This document shows, in pieces, positions 57,928 to 64,000 of a stretch of 64,000 nt of DNA. Numbering within the stretch: position 1 is the stretch's first letter; the number at the start of each line of letters is the position of its first letter. Position numbers and translations under genes: made by a program. The DNA is from an uncultured Gammaproteobacteria bacterium (GTDB lineage Bacteria; Patescibacteriota; Microgenomatia; Levybacterales; UBA12049): the NCBI GenBank assembly GCA_964416505.1, contig CAYQEJ010000002.1, positions 90,172 to 154,171 on the forward strand. Reading direction: 5' to 3'. The notes under the pieces are model-generated. The model ran no database searches. It was given only the letters and a program-made list of their open reading frames with translations, and was not told where the DNA came from.

Positions 57928-58326
57928 ATGGATCCAAAGCTGCCCGGAACTGACCCAAAACTTCAAGAAGCATATAACCGCGTGATGAATGGTCCAAGCG
58001 TTCCACCTCCTCCGGCACCTATGCCTGCTGCACCTACAATGCCTCAACAGGCACAAGCTCCTATGCAACCAGCGCCCATGCCTGCTGCACCTGTTCAACC
58101 AAGCGCGGTTCCCACCCAACCCGCAGCGCCAATGACTGCATCCACTTTAGCTTTTAATGCAAATAATCCATCCAAGAATCAAGGGGCCACAGTAAAAAGA
58201 GGTGGATCAAAAATAATGTCCTTAGTAGTAGCTTTAGGAATAATTGTACTTTTAGTAGTCTATACTTTCGTGTGGATTTATGTTTTTAAGCTTCAGATTC
58301 CTTTTCTTCCTCAATTTTCTCAATAA
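57928..58326 (+). CDS. Pro/Ala-rich single-pass membrane protein (MDPKL family)
   Basis: MDPKLPGTDPKL..., a PAPMPAAP-rich region, then one TM (IMSLVVALGIIVLLVVYTFVWIYVF). Promoter TTGACA-16-TAAACT upstream. Confidence 0.45.
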   Translation: MDPKLPGTDPKLQEAYNRVMNGPSVPPPPAPMPAAPTMPQQAQAPMQPAPMPAAPVQPSAVPTQPAAPMTASTLAFNANNPSKNQGATVKRGGSKIMSLVVALGIIVLLVVYTFVWIYVFKLQIPFLPQFSQ

Positions 58327-59557
58327 TCTTATCTAAGCCTAATAATTCCACTTCTACTTCTGCTCTTTTTTTGAATTCAATCTGATCTCCAGTCTTCGCA
58401 GAAATAACGAGCCTATATGGAAAACCTAGAAGATCAGCATTGGAAAATTTTTCCCCCGCCGAAGTATCCCGGTCATCATATAAAACATCTATCCCTTTCT
58501 CTTCTAATTCTTTCTCAATTTTCTCTGCCTCTTCATTTCTCCCAAGACTAACTAAGTAAACCTGATAAGGCGCGACACTTTTTGGCCATATAATTCCATG
58601 ATCATCGTGATAAAGCTCTACAAGCGTTCCCATAACACGAGTTGGTCCGATTCCATAAGAAGCAAACCATACATTCTGAGGTGATCCATCTTTGTCTTGA
58701 AATAGAACTTTCATGTTTTGTGAATATTTAGTCCCTAAAGGAAATATGTTTCCAACTTCAATTGACTTAGCAGACTTTACACTACAATCATCACAATTAG
58801 GACATTTATCGCCATCTTGACCTTTAAATAATTCTTTGTTCTGAGCGAATCTACAATCGCAACTTTTTCCATCACAATCACAGAAGTAGATTGTGTCTTC
58901 CCCTACTTCTGATAAAACTTGAAACTCATGACTATTTTTATCTGTAAAAACTCCCCCACTAGCTTCAACGGTTAAAGCATCAAGTCCCATTCTTTTGAAA
59001 ATCTTTGGGTATGCTTCTTTTACGACGTTGTAATAAACATACATATCTTCTTCGGATACATGCGCAGAATAAAGATCTTTCATCATAAATTCTCTTCCTC
59101 TTAAAATTCCTGATTTTGCACGAGGTTCATTCCTGAATTTCGTAGAAAAATGATAAACCTTTACCGGTAAATCTTTATATGATTGCACAAACTTTCCCAA
59201 TAAATTCATGACAATTTCTTCATGAGTAAAAGAAAGTCCAAATTCTCTATCATGAATATCCTTAAACTGATACATTATCTGCTTAACATCTGGATCACTC
59301 CAGCGACCCGTTTGATCCCAAATATCTCGTGGATGAAGCAAAGGCATAAGAAGTTCCTGTGCACCAGTTTTATCCAATTCTTCCCTAATTATATTTTTAA
59401 TATTTTCAATTACCCTAAAACCCAAAGGAAGCAGTGTATAAGATCCTGCCATAAGCTGGTCAATGTAACCAGCCTTTACCAATAACTTGGCATTAACTGA
59501 CAAATCTTCTTTAAATTCCGATTTTTTAGCTTTTGGGAAAAATGAAGAGTATTTCAT
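58286..59557 (-). CDS. proS: Prolyl-tRNA synthetase (bacterial type, editing INS domain replaced by a short Cys-rich insert)
   Basis: Alignable to E. coli ProRS: motifs 1-3 and the anticodon-binding domain. The INS position holds CDCDGKSCDCRF...CPNCDDC instead. Confidence 0.8.
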   Translation of the reverse strand: MKYSSFFPKAKKSEFKEDLSVNAKLLVKAGYIDQLMAGSYTLLPLGFRVIENIKNIIREELDKTGAQELLMPLLHPRDIWDQTGRWSDPDVKQIMYQFKDIHDREFGLSFTHEEIVMNLLGKFVQSYKDLPVKVYHFSTKFRNEPRAKSGILRGREFMMKDLYSAHVSEEDMYVYYNVVKEAYPKIFKRMGLDALTVEASGGVFTDKNSHEFQVLSEVGEDTIYFCDCDGKSCDCRFAQNKELFKGQDGDKCPNCDDCSVKSAKSIEVGNIFPLGTKYSQNMKVLFQDKDGSPQNVWFASYGIGPTRVMGTLVELYHDDHGIIWPKSVAPYQVYLVSLGRNEEAEKIEKELEEKGIDVLYDDRDTSAGEKFSNADLLGFPYRLVISAKTGDQIEFKKRAEVEVELLGLDKIIEKIEEEKESEA

Positions 59558-59577
59558 TTAGCTTCAAGTATAGCACA

Positions 59578-60489
59578 TCACTTCCTGATTTGATGTCCTC
59601 CAAATGCGTGACGCAGGGCATTTATCACTCTAGCAGTCATTGAATTTTGAATATTTACATCATTCTGTGATTTTTTTCTATACTCCAATGATTCATCGAT
59701 AATTTCCACATCCAATCCTTCTTCTTTTGCAGTGTTTACTGTCCATTCTCCCTCACCCGAAGCGGCAATAGGACCATTAAAACTTTCCAAATATTTCTCT
59801 TTTTCAAACATTTCAGAAAGTCTATCAACTAAAAAACCAGAAACTATCGTTCCACTGGTCCACAGTTTTGAAACCTTATGAAGATCGAATTTAAAATCAG
59901 ATTTTGATAAAACATCAAACCCTTCACCAAGAGACTGCATCATACCGTACTCAACTCCGTTATGTACCATTTTTACAAAATGACCAGCGCCTCCGTTACC
60001 AAAATACTCATGTCCTCCGTTTGGCTTTGCTAAAGAATCAAGAATTGGTTTTATAATTTCGTATCCCTCACGACTACCACCTACCATCATGGGATAACCT
60101 TCACTAGCTGCAATTAAACCTCCACTTGTACCAATCCCCAAATAATGAACTTCTGATTTTTCAAAATCTGAAAATCTCCTATCAGTATCTTTAAAGAAAG
60201 AATTCCCTCCATCGATTACAATATCCCCTGAAGAAACAAAACTTTTTAATTCAGCTAATACTTCATCTACTGCCTGATGACTAACCATAATCCAAATAAC
60301 CCGTGGCTTATCTAATTTAGAAATTAAATCTTCAATAGAGCTAGCTATTTCAGATGTGGGGTTTTCGGTTTTAAACTCATCTAGAACATCTTTGGACCTA
60401 TTCCAAGCAACTACTTCATGTCCATCTTCAATTAACTTCGCTGCCATTCTAGATCCCATTTTCCCAAGTCCTATAAATCCAATTTTCAT
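59578..60489 (-). CDS. gnd: 6-phosphogluconate dehydrogenase-like NAD(P)-binding enzyme (short Gnd/YqeC type)
   Basis: Rossmann fold MKIGFIGLGKMGSRMA and a 6PGD C-terminal signature region. Start taken at the internal Met. Confidence 0.65.
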   Translation of the reverse strand: MKIGFIGLGKMGSRMAAKLIEDGHEVVAWNRSKDVLDEFKTENPTSEIASSIEDLISKLDKPRVIWIMVSHQAVDEVLAELKSFVSSGDIVIDGGNSFFKDTDRRFSDFEKSEVHYLGIGTSGGLIAASEGYPMMVGGSREGYEIIKPILDSLAKPNGGHEYFGNGGAGHFVKMVHNGVEYGMMQSLGEGFDVLSKSDFKFDLHKVSKLWTSGTIVSGFLVDRLSEMFEKEKYLESFNGPIAASGEGEWTVNTAKEEGLDVEIIDESLEYRKKSQNDVNIQNSMTARVINALRHAFGGHQIRK

Positions 60490-60547
60490 ACCCTTTGAGT
60501 CTATCAATTTTATTGTAAAAATTAAAGTCAAATGCTAGACTCAGATT

Positions 60548-61216
60548 ATGAATTTTGATTTCGAAGAAATTATCAATCAAATAAAAAATCATAAATATTA
60601 TGAGCTTTCAAAAAATGTTATTGAAAATAATGAAAACCATCATCGAGATCCAATAAGTGAACATCTTGAAAGAACATTTGAGAAAGCAAAAGAAATTTCG
60701 GATGGAAATATCATTCTAAATCCAAATATAAAAAGTGAATTTGAAAAAATTCTAAATACCAAAGTCGGTGGAATTAAAAAAAGTTATTTACTACAAATAG
60801 TTTCACTCCTTCATGATATTGGAAAAATTATAATTTTTGTTGATGATGGAAAAGAAATTCCATTATTAAAACCGACTGTCGACGCAAACAACTCCTTTCC
60901 TGCTCATGAATATTGGGGATCAGTATTAGCAAAAGAAATACTAACAGAACTAAATTTACCATCAGATTCTATCGAATTCATTTGTAAATGCATCAGACTT
61001 CACAATGCGGGATTTAATGTCTGGTACGAAGATTTATCAAATAAAGAAAGACTTTGGGAAATTAAACTTAGATCTGAAAATATACATTTTGAATTAATTT
61101 TTGGCACATTTTGCGATCTTTTTTATGGAAAAGCTTTTCAAGATAAAATAAATAATGTTTTAGAAGTTTTAAATTTAGAAGATACTTATAAAAAAGTGGA
61201 AATTAAAAAGAATTAA
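60548..61216 (+). CDS. HD-domain phosphohydrolase
   Basis: H...LLHDIGK motif. Confidence 0.55.
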   Translation: MNFDFEEIINQIKNHKYYELSKNVIENNENHHRDPISEHLERTFEKAKEISDGNIILNPNIKSEFEKILNTKVGGIKKSYLLQIVSLLHDIGKIIIFVDDGKEIPLLKPTVDANNSFPAHEYWGSVLAKEILTELNLPSDSIEFICKCIRLHNAGFNVWYEDLSNKERLWEIKLRSENIHFELIFGTFCDLFYGKAFQDKINNVLEVLNLEDTYKKVEIKKN

Positions 61217-61542
61217 ACCACCTCAGATCCAGGCTCAATATCGCGATTTGGCTCAAGCAAAACAACATTGTCACTTCCGGTTCCTGTTGCCACTAACATT
61301 CCCTGAGATTCTTCTCCTTTAAATTTTCTATATTCAAGATTAACTACGAATGGTAAAGTTTTTCCTACTAAATCTTCTGGAGCATAACTCTCTGCAATTC
61401 CTGAAACAATTTGGCGTTGAAACTCACCGAAATCCACTTGAAGTCGAAGCAACTTATCTGCATCCTCAACTTTCTCGCATTCGGTTATTTTCCCCATTAA
61501 AATTTTTACTTTTTTAAATTCTTCAAAATTTATTTGATCCAT
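61213..61542 (-). CDS. tRNA-binding domain protein (CsaA/Trbp111/MetRS-C-like)
   Basis: 109 aa. The pattern VKILMGKITECEKVEDADKLLRLQVDFGE...QIVSGI matches the OB-fold tRNA-binding domain (VG.I.......A.KL....VD.G). Confidence 0.65.
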   Translation of the reverse strand: MDQINFEEFKKVKILMGKITECEKVEDADKLLRLQVDFGEFQRQIVSGIAESYAPEDLVGKTLPFVVNLEYRKFKGEESQGMLVATGTGSDNVVLLEPNRDIEPGSEVV

Positions 61543-62975
61543 TGTTTTCCGTCCTTTTCTAGTAGCACATTTCCTTCATTCGGCCCCCATCCACCTGATT
61601 GATAAACTGAAATATTTTTTTCATTCTCCCATGTTTTTAGAATATTGTCCAGAAGTTTCCAAGAATTTTGAATTTCATCTGATCTTGAAAACAAAATCTG
61701 ATCACCTGAAAAAATATCGAGTAAAATTTTTTCGTATGCATCAAGACCAACTGTTCCAAAATCGTCTTTATAATTAAATTTCATATTCACACTCCCTAAT
61801 TTTAGTTTTGCACCCGGCTGCTTTGCGATTAGACGAAGAGTAATTCCTTCATCAGGCTGAATTCTAAAAGTTAGTACATTTCCAATTTCAGGACATCCGT
61901 ATTCTTTAAATAAAATATGACAAGTTTGGTAAAAGACTATAGAAATTGTTATGACTTCTTTTTCCATTCGCTTTCCAGCTCTAATATAAAACGGCACACC
62001 CGAAAAGCGTGGAGTATTAACTAAAAGCTTCATGGCTACATATGTTTCCGTATCTGAACCTTTCTCTACCTCTTCTTCATTTTTATAATCATCGTACTGC
62101 CCTCTTATTACATTCTTATCAGCAAGAGTTACTGCGCTAGTTACCTTTGCTCTTTCATTTCTAACATCTTCCTTCGTAAAACTTCGAGGCTGCTCCATCG
62201 CAATGGATGAAATAAGCTGCATAATATGATTTTGAACTACATCCCTTAGCATTCCGACTCCATCAAAAAAATTTCCTCTATTTTCAATTCCTTCCTTTTC
62301 CGCCCAAGTAATCTGAACGTGATCGATAAATTTTGAACTCCATACCGGTTCAAAAATGCTATTCGCAAATCTAAAAGCCAGAATATTTTGAACCGTTTCT
62401 TTTCCAAGATAATGATCTACTCTAAAGATTTGTTTTTCGTCAAAGATATTTGATAGTTTTTCTTCAAGCATTTTTGCGGTTTCTGCGTCCTTTCCAAATG
62501 GTTTTTCAATAATTACTCTCGTCCACTTATTACTTCCTTGACCACAACCCTCAGAAAGCTTGGTGCTAACTAATTTATCTAAAATATCTGAATAATGCTG
62601 TGGTGGTGTAGCTAAATAAAAGAATCTCGTGATACATGCGCCAATTTTTTCATCAAGCTTATTTAAATGTTTTATTAGATTTTCATATCCTTCGTTTTTT
62701 TCAAAAGTTCCTTTCTCGTAATGAAGATGTTTTGAAAATTCATCCCATCCTTCCTCCTTACTTAATCCATCAAAAGAATTTCGGAAATCTTCATCAGAAT
62801 ATGCTCGACGAGAGTATCCGATAATTGAAAACTCTTCTGGCAACATTTTTTTATTAAAAAGAGAAAGGAGCCCTGGGATCAGTTTATGATGAGATAAGTC
62901 TCCCGTGGCACCGAAAATTATCATTACAAAAGGACTATTCATTTGAGAAAAAACTTCCGGAGATTGCATATCCAA
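61530..62975 (-). CDS. zwf: Glucose-6-phosphate 1-dehydrogenase
   Basis: IIFGATGDLSHHKL (NADP binding), RVDHYLGKE and the active-site region. Confidence 0.9.
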   Translation of the reverse strand: MDMQSPEVFSQMNSPFVMIIFGATGDLSHHKLIPGLLSLFNKKMLPEEFSIIGYSRRAYSDEDFRNSFDGLSKEEGWDEFSKHLHYEKGTFEKNEGYENLIKHLNKLDEKIGACITRFFYLATPPQHYSDILDKLVSTKLSEGCGQGSNKWTRVIIEKPFGKDAETAKMLEEKLSNIFDEKQIFRVDHYLGKETVQNILAFRFANSIFEPVWSSKFIDHVQITWAEKEGIENRGNFFDGVGMLRDVVQNHIMQLISSIAMEQPRSFTKEDVRNERAKVTSAVTLADKNVIRGQYDDYKNEEEVEKGSDTETYVAMKLLVNTPRFSGVPFYIRAGKRMEKEVITISIVFYQTCHILFKEYGCPEIGNVLTFRIQPDEGITLRLIAKQPGAKLKLGSVNMKFNYKDDFGTVGLDAYEKILLDIFSGDQILFSRSDEIQNSWKLLDNILKTWENEKNISVYQSGGWGPNEGNVLLEKDGKQWIK

Positions 62976-62987
62976 TGATTATAGTTC

Positions 62988-63383
62988 TTGACGCAGCAAA
63001 CTTCAAAGTGTATATTTACGCACATGACAGAAGGAAGAAGACCAACCCCTACGGAAGCTATAGTAAGACACTCTACCCAAACAGCTCAGGGAGAACTAGC
63101 TGGAGCAAGTGGCATACGAACTCGCAGATGGACATTGGATTTAACACAGGATGGAGGATTACTCATTAGAAGACTTAAAAATGGAGCAACACAAAGACTA
63201 ATTACAGTTTCACCAGGAAGCCCAGATACTTTAATTCCAGAAGCAAGAATAACTGTTCTCGATTTAGAGTCAGGAAATATAATTAATGAAGGCCAAAAAC
63301 CTAGGAGAATTCTAAGAAGTGCAATTAGACAAATTTTTCCCGACAGAACCGCAATTCAAGATGAATCAAACAGAACTCTCTAG
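62988..63383 (+). CDS. Hypothetical protein (compositionally distinct) between zwf and pgl
   Basis: 131-aa ORF on the opposite strand in the 400-bp gap. R/T/Q-rich with no known domain. A non-coding RNA is an alternative (see findings). Confidence 0.3.
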   Translation: MTQQTSKCIFTHMTEGRRPTPTEAIVRHSTQTAQGELAGASGIRTRRWTLDLTQDGGLLIRRLKNGATQRLITVSPGSPDTLIPEARITVLDLESGNIINEGQKPRRILRSAIRQIFPDRTAIQDESNRTL

Positions 63384-64000
63384 ACAATCTGATCTGTAAC
63401 GATAATTGTCTTGGCAGCTATTTCTGGTTTTAAATAAAATTTCGCTGGAAACTTTTCAATCTCCTCATTGGTCCCCTCAAATTTAAACATTTGATTTAAA
63501 ATCTCTCTTTTTTCCTGACCCAAAACTAAAAGAATAATAAGATCCAATACGCCGATCGCATTAAAATTCATGGTAATTCTTGAACCATATTTTTCTGCTT
63601 CATAAAAAGATATAAGAGAACTACCATCTTCCATCATTTTTTTTGAAATTTCTGGAATCGCTGGAATTCCTGCGGTATGACCGTCTGCTCCAAGCCCCAT
63701 TATTCCTACGCTTTTTGGAAAATACTTAAGCACAAATCTAAGTGCTTCATCATAATTTCTTGCGCTAGTTTCCATATCTAATCCTTCTTCTATCATTGGA
63801 TAAAACCTCATGTTTGAATTCTCAAAATAATCTAAAAGTCCCGTTTCTTTTATCATTAGCTCATTACTTTTTTTATGCATTTTTTCTCCAAATCTTTCAT
63901 CAACTTGCCCTACAGCACCAGCTCTTAATTTTTTATCTGTCGCAAAATATTCATAAAGCTTTGTAGGCGTAGTTCCACCTGAAAGAAATAATGCAGTTTT
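63380..64000 (-). CDS. pgl: 6-phosphogluconolactonase (runs off the window end)
   Basis: GLGADGHTAG active-site motif. The frame stays open upstream of the track ORF to the window edge (..KTALFLSGGTTPTKLYEYF.. matches the Pgl N-terminus). Confidence 0.75.
   Translation of the reverse strand, partial: KTALFLSGGTTPTKLYEYFATDKKLRAGAVGQVDERFGEKMHKKSNELMIKETGLLDYFENSNMRFYPMIEEGLDMETSARNYDEALRFVLKYFPKSVGIMGLGADGHTAGIPAIPEISKKMMEDGSSLISFYEAEKYGSRITMNFNAIGVLDLIILLVLGQEKREILNQMFKFEGTNEEIEKFPAKFYLKPEIAAKTIIVTDQIV

Noticed and set aside
916-62824. Short ORFs antisense or embedded within larger genes (e.g. 916..1104, 1931..2284, 3768..4001, 5755..5961, 6888..7130, 10006..10200, 24606..24905, 26678..26938, 50818..51135, 55050..55394, 57880..58119, 62636..62824)
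   Set aside because: They are fully contained in well-supported genes on the opposite strand or in another frame. They have low-complexity translations and lack promoter/RBS support, so they are most likely spurious.
62976-63383. RNase P RNA or tmRNA in the zwf-pgl gap
   Set aside because: The length is compatible, but the conserved P4 helices (GGAAAGTCCGGGCT / ACAGAACCCGGCTTA) and the tmRNA tRNA-like 3' end were not found. Retained only as a low-confidence alternative to a protein-coding ORF.
1-64000. CRISPR arrays, tRNA, rRNA, tmRNA, RNase P or integrase/transposase genes
   Set aside because: No regularly spaced direct repeats, no T-loop GGTTCGAATCC-like motifs, no rRNA-like conserved blocks, and no recombinase-like ORFs were seen on either strand.

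Overview
The window is an AT-rich, gene-dense bacterial chromosome segment using the standard genetic code (TGA, TAA and TAG all terminate genes, e.g. purK ends in TGA). Most genes lie on the minus strand. Nearly every intergenic gap carries a near-consensus sigma70 promoter (TTGACT/TTGACA, 16-17 nt spacer, TATAAT-like -10), which points to a streamlined low-GC genome; a CPR-like organism is an inference only. No rRNA, tRNA, CRISPR array, integrase or transposase was found.

Core content:
- a complete ten-gene de novo purine operon (purK-purE-NUDIX::purC-purF-purN-purD-purS::purL-purQ-cupin-purM, 24.1-35.5 kb);
- a housekeeping block (dnaX-ybaB-prs-recR-hypothetical-cysS, then ybeY, rpsU, HIT, DHH, ddl, proS);
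- oxidative pentose-phosphate genes (gnd-like, zwf, pgl);
- a MacAB-like ABC efflux triad, an MFS transporter, a GAF histidine kinase with an OmpR regulator, a Na+/Ca2+ exchanger, soluble PQQ glucose dehydrogenase and an AlkD-like glycosylase.

Observations worth follow-up:
1. A 10-kb accessory-looking island at the window start holds about 15 mostly uncharacterised, individually promoted, compositionally distinct genes, with tandem paralogues and a duplicated methyltransferase.
2. Further compositionally distinct single genes sit singly, often on the opposite strand, inside otherwise intact operons. They include a sigma-70 family protein with a roughly 210-aa extension beyond region 4.2 and an aminotransferase-like gene that splits the two-component pair.
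3. A putative flavinylation module (membrane FNR-like oxidoreductase, ApbE, membrane-anchored FMN-binding protein) in which apbE carries an in-frame TAG.
4. A GpgS-like glycosyltransferase, GH63 hydrolase and hexokinase operon with TAATG coupling.
5. Several small unannotated ORFs (a KGG-repeat stress protein and an acidic 58-aa protein) next to bidirectional terminators.
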